A stretch of 64,000 nt of DNA from Candidatus Bathyarchaeia archaeon (GTDB lineage: Archaea > Thermoproteota > Bathyarchaeia > Bathyarchaeales > Bathycorpusculaceae). The stretch covers positions 32,978 to 96,977 of the forward strand of contig JBEKBM010000009.1 in NCBI GenBank assembly GCA_050015395.1, in the 5' to 3' direction. The position numbers and the translations under genes were made by a program. Below, one piece after another: positions 30,519-40,663 of this stretch (the first letter of the stretch is position 1; the number at the start of each line of letters is the position of its first letter). Under the pieces are notes generated by a model. That model was given only the letters and a program-made list of their open reading frames with translations. It was not told the origin of the DNA and searched no databases.

Positions 30519-31787
30519 TTAGCGTATTTTTAAATCAGCCATTTTGGCTCTGTCACCAAGGAAATGCTCAATCCTTATTAGCTCGTTAAGTTTGGCTATG
30601 CGTGCGCCCTCAACTACGCCTGTCTTGATTAGGGGGCACTTGTAAGCCACAGCCAAATGAGCAATGTGCCAGTCGCATGTGTCTCCTGAACGATGCGACA
30701 CGACTGGGTCGTAACCATATCGCTGTGCAGTTTCAATCGTTTGAGCTGCATCGGACAGGGTACCTATCTGGTTGACTTTTATTATGATGGCGTTTCCAGC
30801 GTTAATCTTTATTCCATTATTTAACCTTTCAGTATTTGTTGTGAACAAATCATCCCCGCAAATCAAGCAGTTTTTAGCTTTCCGAGTTAACGCAGCGAAA
30901 CTTTCAAAGTCTTCCTCATGGAATGGGTCTTCCACGTAAGCAAGATGATATTTCTCGATTAATTCAAGCATGAATTCGAGCTGTTCAGCTGTGTCACGTT
31001 TTTTACCTTCAGTCTCGTAAACGTATTTTTCTTCCTTAGGCTTCCAAAGCGAGGAAGCAGCAACATCAATGCCAAAGCCGCATTCAAAATCCAACTCGTT
31101 ACCAACCTCTTCGCATGCTTTAGCGATGACGTCGAACGCGTCAACAGTGTCAATGTTGGCTATCCATGCGCCTTCGTCGCTTTTTCCACCGTTAAACTGG
31201 CTATTTTTCTTTTTTAAAGCTTCACCAATTTTGCGGTGAATCTGAGTGTTGGCTGTTTGAGCTTCAAGAAAAGTTTCAGCACCATGCGGCAACGCCAAAT
31301 ACTCTTGAATGTCAGGCGCTTTACCCCTTGCATGTTGACCGCCGCTTATGCAGTTGCCAAGAGGATAAGGCAGCGTTGTTGCGGCGTTTCCGCCCATAAA
31401 CTGGAATAAGAGTAAACCATGAGAGTTTGCCGCTGCTTCGGCATTGGCCATAGAGATGGCGCATGCGGTGTTTCCGCCGATGTTTTTGAAGTCTGTGCTG
31501 CCGTCCAGCTCGTGCAGCGTATTGTCAATTTCTTCTTGAAAATCAGAGTTTAATCCTGCAAGTTCAGGAGCGATTAAATCATCAACTTTTTTTACGGCTT
31601 GCTCAACTCCGCCTTGCGGGTAATAAACCACTTCAGCTTTTCCGCGGCTTTTTCCTGCAGGAGCAGATGCTCTTCCGAAACCACCAGTGGTGATTACGTC
31701 AACTTCTATTGTTTCTTCTCCGCGATTGTTGAAAATTTTTCTTGCAATGAGGTCCTCGATGATGGATGACACGCTTTTAAACCTCAA
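30519..31787 (-). CDS. eno: Enolase
   Basis: DEG, EDP, GDDL, IKVNQIG, SHRSG, IKTG. Confidence 0.95.
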   Translation of the reverse strand: MRFKSVSSIIEDLIARKIFNNRGEETIEVDVITTGGFGRASAPAGKSRGKAEVVYYPQGGVEQAVKKVDDLIAPELAGLNSDFQEEIDNTLHELDGSTDFKNIGGNTACAISMANAEAAANSHGLLLFQFMGGNAATTLPYPLGNCISGGQHARGKAPDIQEYLALPHGAETFLEAQTANTQIHRKIGEALKKKNSQFNGGKSDEGAWIANIDTVDAFDVIAKACEEVGNELDFECGFGIDVAASSLWKPKEEKYVYETEGKKRDTAEQLEFMLELIEKYHLAYVEDPFHEEDFESFAALTRKAKNCLICGDDLFTTNTERLNNGIKINAGNAIIIKVNQIGTLSDAAQTIETAQRYGYDPVVSHRSGDTCDWHIAHLAVAYKCPLIKTGVVEGARIAKLNELIRIEHFLGDRAKMADLKIR

Positions 31788-31896
31788 ATGGCTATAATTT
31801 TGTTACGAGCTTATTTTAGGTTTCGGAACCACAAAAATACGCATTCAATAACCAATAAGTATAATAGCCGCACGCTTAATTTTGGAGCAAAAATCT

Positions 31897-31980
31897 GTGC
31901 TATGGCATTAGCCTTGACTACTAGGTCGAAACCGCACCTTAACGGATGCTGATAATGCCTACCAACAAAATAAGGTAGGT
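31897..31980 (+). promoter_or_regulatory. Fluoride (crcB-class) riboswitch with RBS-sequestering hairpin
   Basis: GCTA-TGGCAT-TAGC P1, AAACCGC, P3 ending GCTGAT, AATGCCTAC pseudoknot partner of GGCATT; CCTACC/GGTAGG hairpin covers the RBS; directly upstream of crcB. Confidence 0.85.
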
Positions 31981-31984
31981 AAAC

Positions 31985-32371
31985 ATGAAGATGATTGAAT
32001 TCGTACTCTTAGCGGTTGACGCAGTAGTTGGAGTTTTTCTGCGTTACATAATTATTGATTCGCCAAAAACCATCGGCGGACTCCCAGTCAATGTTTTAGC
32101 GGTTAACGTTATTGGCAGCTTTACACTTGGATTATTTTCTGTCTTAGCGGTTGCTTTAAACTTGGATGCAAATTATACGCTGCTTGTGGCCACTGGATTC
32201 TGCGGTTCATTCACAACCATGTCCTCGTTCGCTCTTGAAACCAGCAACTTAATGGATGGCAACCGCTTTAACCTCGTAATACTAAACATACTAGCAAACG
32301 TGGGATTGTCTCTGGGTGCCCTCATGAGTGGAAAAGTTATCGGCAACGCCGTAATGTCGAGGATATTATAA
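31985..32371 (+). CDS. crcB: Fluoride channel Fluc/CrcB
   Basis: G..LRY, VNVIGSF.LG, GFCGSFTTMSSF; first glycine motif slightly degenerate. Confidence 0.92.
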   Translation: MKMIEFVLLAVDAVVGVFLRYIIIDSPKTIGGLPVNVLAVNVIGSFTLGLFSVLAVALNLDANYTLLVATGFCGSFTTMSSFALETSNLMDGNRFNLVILNILANVGLSLGALMSGKVIGNAVMSRIL

Positions 32372-32682
32372 TGCGGATGAAGATGTGGAGCGTCACGATA
32401 AGAATAAAAAAGAACGATGAGATTGGCGGCAAACGGCTTGCGCCCCTGATAATGGATTTTCTAATTAAGGCTGGAGTCAGCGGCGCCACGGTTTGTACAG
32501 GCGTGGACGGGTTTGGGAAACGCGGCAAATCAACATTGAAACTTGAAGGCGTCACGGTTAACATGCCACTGATAATAGAAGTGATTGATGAGCAATCAAA
32601 GCTTGAACCGCTTCTTCCAGAACTAAAAAGAATAGTTGGGGACAACGGTTTAGTAACCATACAAGACACCTATGTAATATAA
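32371..32682 (+). CDS. DUF190 PII-like protein
   Basis: GVSGATV..G..GFG, PLIIEVID; typical crcB neighbour. Confidence 0.9.
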   Translation: MRMKMWSVTIRIKKNDEIGGKRLAPLIMDFLIKAGVSGATVCTGVDGFGKRGKSTLKLEGVTVNMPLIIEVIDEQSKLEPLLPELKRIVGDNGLVTIQDTYVI

Positions 32683-33037
32683 AACCAAACCATAGTTTTA
32701 GCGAAACCTTCCAGCAAATACTTCGTCGTTATGGCTTTACTTGTTGACTTTAAGTATTAGCTGTCGACTAGATGAGCTGTGCCGTCTGGACAAAAAACTT
32801 TCTCGCCTAAAGAAACCTGGGCAAAACGACGTTTACACTCAAAAAGCTGTCTTTCGCATCCGTCACAATCACGAGATAGCATCTTATACACCTCACTTTT
32901 CAAAATATGAATTCGTAGTAATGGTCACATCAAAGAATTAAGTATTTGCTTCTTCGCCATTACCGAGTACATCACACCCGCTAAGGCGGATTCTAAAACA
33001 AAAAAAGGAGTTGAAAAAGTTGTCTGTGCCGTTATTA

Positions 33038-33244
33038 TCAGTCTACTGCTGTTATGAAAACGACGTTTTTCCTAGTCTTGGTCGAGGGAACAACTGTCGC
33101 ACCATATTTGGATTCTGGTCTGCTCGCTTCCCTGTGGCTTCTATGGCACTGCACACCCATTGTTTTCTTGTCTTGCGAGACCCAAACCACAGAACCTATG
33201 GTTTCACATTCAGGACACTTTCTTGGGTCACCGACATTAACCAT
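33038..33244 (-). CDS. Small zinc-ribbon protein
   Basis: CPEC...CHRSH. Confidence 0.6.
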   Translation of the reverse strand: MVNVGDPRKCPECETIGSVVWVSQDKKTMGVQCHRSHREASRPESKYGATVVPSTKTRKNVVFITAVD

Positions 33245-33549
33245 AAATTGAATCCCCCGTTTTTGCTACTTGTTCTTTGCGAGAACGTTCTCGCTTATTT
33301 TCTTTCTGAGCCGATGCTCCGCTCTTAATGTACATGTGTTTTTAACCTTCTTGTAGTTGTATTCGAAAAGAATCAGTGACTCAACAGGGTTAAGCCCAGA
33401 GAACAAAAGAAGCTCTTCAGCTACATGAAGAAGCCTCACGCTTATAAAGGCAAGCAAAAACGCATTTCTAACCCGACACTCCAAAACTTTTTGCAGCTTT
33501 GTTCAAACAAGCATAAACTTTTGGGTATGGGAATAAAGGATTAAAAGCG

Positions 33550-34314
33550 CTAAAATTCTTTTATCAGATTGTCAAAAAGAGCTTTGCTTCTTGCGATTTG
33601 TTCTATGGGAGTATTATGTTCCAGCTCCAGCGTTATTGGTCCATCATAGTCATAATCATGCAGTTTAGTGAGGACCGATGTTAGTTCTGGTTTTGGCGCG
33701 GTGAAGGGTTGGTAGGATTTGTTGGCCATATGAACGTTGCAGATGCGCTTGCCGTATTTTTCTAGGAGATTGTCTGTTTGTTTTGTTTCTAAGGCATGGC
33801 AAAAATCAAATGTTATTCCCATGCTGCCATCATCTATGATTTTTAGGATTTCTTCAAGCTGTTCAACGTTTTTGCCGAAACCCGTCGATGTATAAGACAA
33901 GTTCTCCAAAGCCAATTTAATGTTCAAGCTCTTAGCATACGCGTTGATTTCCTTGAATATTTCTGCTAAGCACCTGTCTCTGACTGGTTGCGGCAGCTTT
34001 TTTGAAATGTCCGAGTGCACGGTCATAATTGGCGCCGAAAGCCTTCGGGCAAACTCAAGCGAAATTTTGCCATAATAAACCGCTCGATGAACCTCAACCT
34101 CATCCTTCACATGCAAAGTTGCAGAATGAAGCGTTAAACACTTCAGTCCAGAAGCATCCAAAAGTTTTTTTGCAGCATAAACAGCAGTATCATTCTCTTT
34201 CCTCACCGTCTTCATGTTAAACTCAATGTTTTCAAAACCAAGCTCCTTAACAGCAGCAAAATTCTTCTCCAAGCATAGGTTGCTAAAGATTCCGTTAGAC
34301 AAACTTAACTTCAT
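33550..34314 (-). CDS. Sugar phosphate isomerase/AP endonuclease 2 TIM-barrel protein
   Basis: ALEN, FDFCH, NVH, ITLE metal-site pattern. Confidence 0.85.
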   Translation of the reverse strand: MKLSLSNGIFSNLCLEKNFAAVKELGFENIEFNMKTVRKENDTAVYAAKKLLDASGLKCLTLHSATLHVKDEVEVHRAVYYGKISLEFARRLSAPIMTVHSDISKKLPQPVRDRCLAEIFKEINAYAKSLNIKLALENLSYTSTGFGKNVEQLEEILKIIDDGSMGITFDFCHALETKQTDNLLEKYGKRICNVHMANKSYQPFTAPKPELTSVLTKLHDYDYDGPITLELEHNTPIEQIARSKALFDNLIKEF

Positions 34315-34458
34315 TCGCCAAAACCTTCGCGCCTTATTTGTCTCCACTTATGTTAAATTCTTTCTTTCTAAAATTCTTACTTCATTCACACTTTATCAGA
34401 AGCGGGGTAATAGTTAATTTCCACAATTTTCCTATAAATAACCTGACGGTGCCAAACA

Positions 34459-34752
34459 GTGGAAGTTAAAGTTCGCTTCTTCACTAATCTAAGAGAAATC
34501 GTAAACAAAAGAGAACAAACCTTAACGTTTACTGAGGGTGAGAAGGTTACTGTTGACTTGGTTCTTAAAACGCTATCTCAAAAATACGGAAACCCCTTCA
34601 TTGAATACGTTTACAATGGCAAAACAGGGCAACCTAAAAATTTTCTTCAGTTCCTCGTTAACGGAAACAGTACATCAACACTAAACGGGTTAGAAACAGA
34701 ACTCAAAGACGGTGATGTTTTAGCTATTCTTCCCCCTGTAGGCGGCGGCTAA
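34459..34752 (+). CDS. MoaD/SAMP ubiquitin-like protein
   Basis: VKVRFF, LVNG, LKDGD..AILPPVGGG terminus. Confidence 0.92.
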   Translation: MEVKVRFFTNLREIVNKREQTLTFTEGEKVTVDLVLKTLSQKYGNPFIEYVYNGKTGQPKNFLQFLVNGNSTSTLNGLETELKDGDVLAILPPVGGG

Positions 34753-34881
34753 GGAAAATTATCGTTTTATCGGCATGACTGAAAAGCAAATCCTCTAAGA
34801 TACACGCACTTAAAGAGAAAGAGGTCAAAGCACCACTTCTCTACGCCTCAAAATACTTATACAGAAAGTAACAATCAATGT

Positions 34882-35100
34882 CTAAGCTGTTGCAGCTATT
34901 TTTTCTGTGTTAATAATTTTAGTTAATAGTTCTTTGCCTAAGTTCTTTGAAGCATCTAAGACCCCTATGCCTATGATGCGCCCATTTTTGTCTAAGTCAA
35001 TGATTACGTTTTCGGCAAGTTCTTCGCTTATGTCGTATTTGGCTTTTCTTAGCCAGATGTACATAGCATCGGCTTTTTGATCGTATTCTACTTGCACCAT
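34882..35100 (-). CDS. DUF2283 family putative antitoxin
   Basis: YDQKADAMYI...IIDLDKNGRIIGI.VL. Confidence 0.85.
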   Translation of the reverse strand: MVQVEYDQKADAMYIWLRKAKYDISEELAENVIIDLDKNGRIIGIGVLDASKNLGKELLTKIINTEKIAATA

Positions 35101-35104
35101 AAAG

Positions 35105-35137
35105 TCAGGGTCTCCTCGTCCAGTAAACTGTAATAAC
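35105..35137 (-). pseudogene. 3' stub of DUF4258-like toxin gene
   Basis: VITVYWTRRP* immediately upstream of DUF2283, cut exactly at the inverted repeat. Confidence 0.55.
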
Positions 35138-35248
35138 GGGTTCTGTTAACTCTTAGGGTGGTTGTTTTCCCTGTTAACTGTCGGGTGGTAAAAAGTTTAA
35201 ATGCAGAACTGGGATACTACTGAATTAAGAAAATGGAGTTAGGATAGA

Positions 35249-35353
35249 ATGAACATATCGGCTCAAAAGTTTTGTTTCATCCTTTTTGGAGCTTACGTTT
35301 TCTTGTTATCTTACGGTTTTCTAATAGCCTTTTTAATGGGCGCTAAAATATGA
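35249..35353 (+). CDS. 34-aa single-TM peptide coupled to glycosyltransferase
   Basis: MNISAQKFCFILFGAYVFLLSYGFLIAFLMGAKI*; its TGA overlaps the next ATG. Confidence 0.5.
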   Translation: MNISAQKFCFILFGAYVFLLSYGFLIAFLMGAKI

Positions 35354-36084
35354 AACCTTTTGATTTATTTATGCCTACATTCAATAGTGCTAAACTTTTG
35401 CCTATTGTTTTGCCAAGAATTGAAAAGGTTATTTCGACTTCAGCGATTAACAAAAAGTTCATTGTCGACGATTTTTCAAGTGACGACACTTGTAAAGTTG
35501 CTGAAAGTTTAGGATGGACCGTTGCCCGTAACAAAGTCAAAGGATTGAATAACGCTCAGAAATATGGTTTTAGTTTGGTTGAAACTGAATGTTGTGCGGT
35601 ATTCGAGCATGATGTTTTTCTTGCTGAAAATTGGTTCAACACCATTCCAGCTTTAGTATATTCTGGAAAGTATGATGCGGCACAAGGTATTAGGGTAAGA
35701 AATCTTAGAGGTTTTAAAGAAGCAGACCTTTATGACTATGACAACCGATTTATCAGAACAGAGGATAACACGTTTTACCGTATGGGAAAAAACGCTTTAC
35801 CCCAATTCTGGAATACCTACAACTTTAAGAAGTATTGTATTAGGAAAGACGTTTGCTCTATTCACCTGAAAGGTGATTTAACTACTTGTTTGAGGCACGA
35901 TTATTTTATTTCCAGAACATTTAATGGTGAAAGCCTTTTACATCTTTTGAAAGGATTTCTACATTCACCTTTTCTATCGCTTAAAGTATTTAAGAAAAAT
36001 GGTGGCTTATCTGTTTTGTTTGTTTATCCCATGGAAAGATTGCTTTATTTCAGTGGCGGATTAATTAAGAAAAGCATACGCTAA
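35350..36084 (+). CDS. Family 2 glycosyltransferase-like protein
   Basis: FMPTFNS, IVDDFSSDDT, EHD at the DxD position. Confidence 0.8.
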   Translation: MKPFDLFMPTFNSAKLLPIVLPRIEKVISTSAINKKFIVDDFSSDDTCKVAESLGWTVARNKVKGLNNAQKYGFSLVETECCAVFEHDVFLAENWFNTIPALVYSGKYDAAQGIRVRNLRGFKEADLYDYDNRFIRTEDNTFYRMGKNALPQFWNTYNFKKYCIRKDVCSIHLKGDLTTCLRHDYFISRTFNGESLLHLLKGFLHSPFLSLKVFKKNGGLSVLFVYPMERLLYFSGGLIKKSIR

Positions 36085-36155
36085 AATAAACGGTTAGTTT
36101 TTACCACCCGATAGTTAACAACCTTCTACACCACCCACAGAGTTAACAGAACCCT

Positions 36156-36350
36156 GAGGGCAAATACTTAAAATTCGCCTTCGAAACCCTAAAAGAAAAC
36201 AACCTCTTAGAAACCCGCGCCGCACAATTAAGCAGCAATATCTGTCCAAAGTGTGACATGAAACAACTATGCATAAAACAAGACAGTGAAGGAGAACTGT
36301 CGCCTTTCTGCATTGACGGCATGTTAACTCTATGCTTCAAAAAAAGCTAA
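36156..36350 (+). pseudogene. 3' fragment of an unidentified Cys-containing gene truncated by the cassette
   Basis: Open frame EGKYLKFAFETL...CPKC...C...FCIDGMLTLCFKKS* beginning at the right repeat, no plausible 5' end. Confidence 0.55.
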
Positions 36351-36353
36351 AAG

Positions 36354-38138
36354 CTAAACTCCGCCCCAAAACAGCGTTTTCTTTCGCATAAGCACTATGT
36401 ACTCTTTTAGCACTTCTTGTTCTTCCGCCGTTAAATCATCTGAATGTGCCGTCAACAGTGCTTTCGCATCCTTTTCAGGCACTTTTACAAATAACACGTC
36501 CTTCTCAAACACGTGCCTGCCCACAATTGGCTTATCCATCGAAATTGCCACCTGCATGCCAACCTTAGCCTCTGGCATGGCTTTGCCTTGGTCCTGAATC
36601 TGGTCAACTTCGCCTAAATCGCTGCCGTCCAAAGCTCGCATAAGCCCGTACTTTGGCTTTAATCGGCCGCCCAGCACCTCCACGCCAAAAATCGCTGGCT
36701 TAGCCCTGCGGAAAATGCAATTGGGCAAAACCGTAACTTTCCCAGGCTTCACAAGCGCCTCAAATTCGGCCTCGCTCTTCGTTTCACGCTTGTTTTTAGC
36801 CCACTGCAAATATGCGTCAATCAAATTGTAAATGATTGGCTGGTTAAAAATCGGGATACCGTTAGCCGCAGCTTCCTCCGCAGCGTCAGGCAACGTCTTC
36901 ACCCCAAACGCCAAAACTGCCCCAACCAACGGCTCACGCGTCTTCACCACAGACGCCTCAATCACGTCACGCTTACTAATGTCACCAACATCAGCGATGC
37001 GCACCTGCACATTGTTAGCCTTCAAAATTTCAGCCATCGCCTCCAACGAGCCAAGCGTGTCAGCCTTAACAATAACACCCTCAATCTCCTTAGCAATCCT
37101 GATTCTACCTATCTCTTCAGTGATAAGCTTAGCATACTTTGCAGGGTCTTCACCAGCCGGCACAGCGAACAACGGCGCACCAGCCAAAGCACCCTCCAAA
37201 CCAGGCGCAACCACCTTAACACCCGCACTAGCAAAGACACAATCAACCGAAGTAAACTTGTCCCGCGGATCCCTCATCTCATCCAACGGCTTAGGCACCA
37301 AAATCGCTCGTACTCGAGCCGAAATCGCCCCATCTCGCCCACCAACAACAATCAAATCATCCTTACGCAACGTGCCATCATAAACAATCGTGTTCAATGT
37401 TAAACCTAAACCAGGCTCCTCCTTCACCTCTAACACCGAGCCCTTAGCCGCACCCTCCGTTGTCTGCAAACGCTTCTTAAGGAACTGCTGACTTAACCCA
37501 ACCAAAACCATAACCAGTTCCGATAAGCCTTCGCCGGTTTTTGCACTAGTCGGCACCAAAGCCACGTTAACCGTGAAATCCCGAATATGGTCAAACCGGT
37601 CAGTCTTAAAACCTAATCGGCTGAACTCGCCCATAACGTGGTACAAACGGTTATCCAACTCCTCACGCACAAAACTAGACTGGGAAGCATAAGACTTCAA
37701 AAAAGGCGTTCCCCGCTGAGCCGTCCAACCTGGAATGCGATCAATCTTGTTAACCGCAACGATAAAGGGGGTTTTGCGAGCTTTCAGAATTTCGATGCAC
37801 TCAAAAGTTTGAGCTTCAAAACCCTTTAGAACATCCACTACAAGAATCGCTATGTCGGCGACGCTTCCGCCTCTGCGCCGAAGGTTAGTGAATGCTTCAT
37901 GACCAGGTGTATCTACAATTAGTAAGCCGGGAATTTCTATGCCTGATTTGAAGTTGGAGAGTAATGGTCCGATGAGTTGTTTGAGTGTTTCAACGGGGAA
38001 GAAGCTTGCGCCAATGTGCTGTGTCATTCCTCCTGCTTCACGCGCTTGCACGCTGGTTTTTCTCAGCTTGTCGAGGAGTGAGGTTTTTCCTGCGTCTACG
38101 TGTCCTAATACGCATACTATTGGTTGGCGTGTGGGCAT
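36354..38138 (-). CDS. infB: Translation initiation factor aIF5B (IF-2)
   Basis: RQPIVCVLGHVDAGKT, TQHIGA, DTPGHEAF, NKID. Confidence 0.97.
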   Translation of the reverse strand: MPTRQPIVCVLGHVDAGKTSLLDKLRKTSVQAREAGGMTQHIGASFFPVETLKQLIGPLLSNFKSGIEIPGLLIVDTPGHEAFTNLRRRGGSVADIAILVVDVLKGFEAQTFECIEILKARKTPFIVAVNKIDRIPGWTAQRGTPFLKSYASQSSFVREELDNRLYHVMGEFSRLGFKTDRFDHIRDFTVNVALVPTSAKTGEGLSELVMVLVGLSQQFLKKRLQTTEGAAKGSVLEVKEEPGLGLTLNTIVYDGTLRKDDLIVVGGRDGAISARVRAILVPKPLDEMRDPRDKFTSVDCVFASAGVKVVAPGLEGALAGAPLFAVPAGEDPAKYAKLITEEIGRIRIAKEIEGVIVKADTLGSLEAMAEILKANNVQVRIADVGDISKRDVIEASVVKTREPLVGAVLAFGVKTLPDAAEEAAANGIPIFNQPIIYNLIDAYLQWAKNKRETKSEAEFEALVKPGKVTVLPNCIFRRAKPAIFGVEVLGGRLKPKYGLMRALDGSDLGEVDQIQDQGKAMPEAKVGMQVAISMDKPIVGRHVFEKDVLFVKVPEKDAKALLTAHSDDLTAEEQEVLKEYIVLMRKKTLFWGGV

Positions 38139-38298
38139 AAGTGAATTCACTTTCCGCTATAAGTTATCTATGTGTGTAAGGGTTTTTTGGTTTATAAATG
38201 CTGGTGGGCACGTTTTTTTTTATTGTCTTGGTTGCGGTCTCTTGGCGGGGGTTTGTTGCTAATTATTATCTTGCGGTTGATAGAAAAGAGTAAAAGTG

Positions 38299-38508
38299 CT
38301 ATTCAGATGCTCTAACGAGAAGTAGGAAGAGGCCGATAACTACCATGATTACGCTTAGTACGCCGAAGAATGTAATGAATGCGCCAAGACCGCTTGGACC
38401 GCTTGTTGTTGCTGTGAGATAGAGCATTATTGCCCCGATTATAACTAAGATTAACCCTAAGAATTTCTCGGCAAGGTTTACAAAGAATGTGTCTCCTTCT
38501 TCACTCAT
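38299..38508 (-). CDS. Small two-TM membrane protein
   Basis: Two hydrophobic helices. Confidence 0.65.
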   Translation of the reverse strand: MSEEGDTFFVNLAEKFLGLILVIIGAIMLYLTATTSGPSGLGAFITFFGVLSVIMVVIGLFLLLVRASE

Positions 38509-38663
38509 AGCTGTTTACGCCCTGTCTCTCCGTGTTAATGGCTACATTAAACAAGAGGGGTTATTTTAAATTATTTGTTCTTTGCAATGTTCTGCTAAGC
38601 AAAGCCGCAAACTTAATGAAGGATATATTGAAAACCATCGAAGCTTCACAAGACAAGAGCTCA

Positions 38664-38948
38664 CTAAAGGTTTGAGAGGCTTTGAATAAACTGCCTATCT
38701 TCTTGGATTTTCTTATCCAATGTTGCTCTATTTTCATAATAGTATGACAGGACATCGTGAACTTGTTCAAGTTTCAAATGCGGATGAGCATTAATTATTT
38801 CATCTGGCGAACTATTAAGATACTCATGTTCAATAGCTATATCTACAATTCTGACTCGGGTTCCCGCCACCACTGGGCTCCCGCCACAAATTTTCGGATT
38901 AATCTCAACATAAGGATGTTCCGTTTTGGTCTGCAAATTCCAGTACAC
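38664..38948 (-). CDS. DUF433 family putative antitoxin
   Basis: INPKICGGSPVVAGTRV...PHL..EQV...LSYY. Confidence 0.85.
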   Translation of the reverse strand: MYWNLQTKTEHPYVEINPKICGGSPVVAGTRVRIVDIAIEHEYLNSSPDEIINAHPHLKLEQVHDVLSYYYENRATLDKKIQEDRQFIQSLSNL

Positions 38949-39156
38949 TTCTTTCTCAGGTTAACGATGTGCTTTAGAAACTCAACTTTTATTGTATCCT
39001 CACAAAGTAAAAGGTTGCAATTTACTGGGATTCGCTTTTTTCAGACCTTTTGTAAGATGCAAGGGCTTAATTTCCCGCTAAAAAGGTATGTTGATGTAAC
39101 GGCACAGTCACATAGACATAAATCATTTCATCGGATTTTATGCAATGGTGTTTTTA

Positions 39157-39576
39157 ATGGAAAAGAAAGAAATGTTAGCTGAAATAAAAGAGAAAACCAA
39201 CGCTGTAATCATAAAAGAATTCAGCCAAGATGGCGCAATGATACAATACAATTCGACTGGAGAAGTTAAAGGAAAATATCATGCAAATCACGTTGAAACG
39301 ACTGATGTCAAGATGAAGATGGATGGAACAAACGAGTGGGAAAGTCGTGCCATGGAAATGACCAAAGAAGGCGATGTAGTCATGGTAACTGGCAAAGGCA
39401 CCGGACAACAAAACAACTTCATGGGCGAAGTCACATACATGACAAACTCACCAAGGCTCAGCTGGCTAAACAACACTAAAGCCAAGGTTGAAGGCATGAC
39501 TGACATGAAAAACAATGAAGCAACAATAAAAATTTACCCAGAAAAACAGGCGACAGTTGTAGCGCCAATGATGTAG
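39157..39576 (+). CDS. Hypothetical beta-rich protein
   Basis: Clean ORF with coding-like composition; no motif recognised. Confidence 0.65.
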   Translation: MEKKEMLAEIKEKTNAVIIKEFSQDGAMIQYNSTGEVKGKYHANHVETTDVKMKMDGTNEWESRAMEMTKEGDVVMVTGKGTGQQNNFMGEVTYMTNSPRLSWLNNTKAKVEGMTDMKNNEATIKIYPEKQATVVAPMM

Positions 39577-39580
39577 TTAC

Positions 39581-40663
39581 TTAACTTTTGAGTTTTGTTG
39601 GTAAATACTCATCGACAATGTAGGTTAAACCGTATCGGCTGAATGCTTCTTGCTCAGCCTTCCTCTTTATTTTTAGAAATAGCTTTATCTCTCTCTGCCA
39701 CAGAGGGTCATTTTGGTACCTTGGATCCTTCTGTAACTCATATAAACGTTTAATGTCCACTTCGTCCAACGGGTCAGTCGGCAGCTTGTACTCAATAATG
39801 TCCGAAGCCCAAACTCCGCTCCAAACAGCGTCAGGCGTGTTTAGCTCTCTTAGGTGCGCAGCATTCGCCGAGCCAGAAATAATGACTTGGGCGATGTGCA
39901 TTCCCCATGGATCACCATCAGTCAAAATATACACAGGCAGATTCAACTCGTCATGCAGGCGGCGGATGAAACTTCGGGTTTGTCTTGGCGCTTGTCCACC
40001 GCACGAAATCAACAAAGCCTTATGCTTGTTGTGCACGTTTTCTTCGATGAATCTTGTAAACAGGGCGCCTTTCTCTATGGCGATGACTTTGTCGGCTTTT
40101 GTGTCCATGAACTCGGCTGAAGTCAGAGCTGGCCCAATCAACACGCCGTCTGGGTGGCTGGTTAAATTCAACGTTTTACCCTCATAACCAGGGACTGTGT
40201 AGCCGATGGTTAAATCGCCAAAAATTGCGCTACGTTCTTCTGGGAAAATGTTGAAGTCTTCTCGGGCAAACCCTGTTAATGTTTCTAGGTCGGTGATGAT
40301 GTTGTTAGATTCCTGCTGGTCTGTGAAGGTCATCTCGTATGCTTGTGCCGAGTAGTAAACATCTCTGAGCGTGCTGGTTTTGCGTTGGCTTGTAAGTTCG
40401 TTGCTAAACATTGCTGCCCAAGCAAGCTGCGTGAACGGTTTGATATGTCGGATGTTGCGGGCGCTGCGACTAACGCTTTTCTCCCCAAGAATGAACTGGC
40501 GAAGCGTAGGGTCGTAGTTAATGTTCTCGGTGGAACGGCTTGGCATGTTAATGGTTGGGAAAACGCCTTGGTCTAGCTGATTGTAGATTTGGGTGCCAAA
40601 AGCCTGAAGACCATTGATAACCTCGTTTCTTTTTTCAACTATCTTAACTTTCTTCTGCTCCAT
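39581..40663 (-). CDS. top6A: DNA topoisomerase VI subunit A
   Basis: TLRDVYY, IEK, GQAPR, DGDPWG, KAEQEA. Confidence 0.97.
   Translation of the reverse strand: MEQKKVKIVEKRNEVINGLQAFGTQIYNQLDQGVFPTINMPSRSTENINYDPTLRQFILGEKSVSRSARNIRHIKPFTQLAWAAMFSNELTSQRKTSTLRDVYYSAQAYEMTFTDQQESNNIITDLETLTGFAREDFNIFPEERSAIFGDLTIGYTVPGYEGKTLNLTSHPDGVLIGPALTSAEFMDTKADKVIAIEKGALFTRFIEENVHNKHKALLISCGGQAPRQTRSFIRRLHDELNLPVYILTDGDPWGMHIAQVIISGSANAAHLRELNTPDAVWSGVWASDIIEYKLPTDPLDEVDIKRLYELQKDPRYQNDPLWQREIKLFLKIKRKAEQEAFSRYGLTYIVDEYLPTKLKS

Larger units (their letters stand above)
35138..36154. mobile_element. Non-autonomous cassette bounded by 57-bp imperfect inverted repeats
   Basis: 35138-35194 versus reverse complement of 36098-36154: 45/57 identical, outer 16 bp GGGTTCTGTTAACTCT perfect; AT-rich interior; no transposase. 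Confidence 0.85.
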
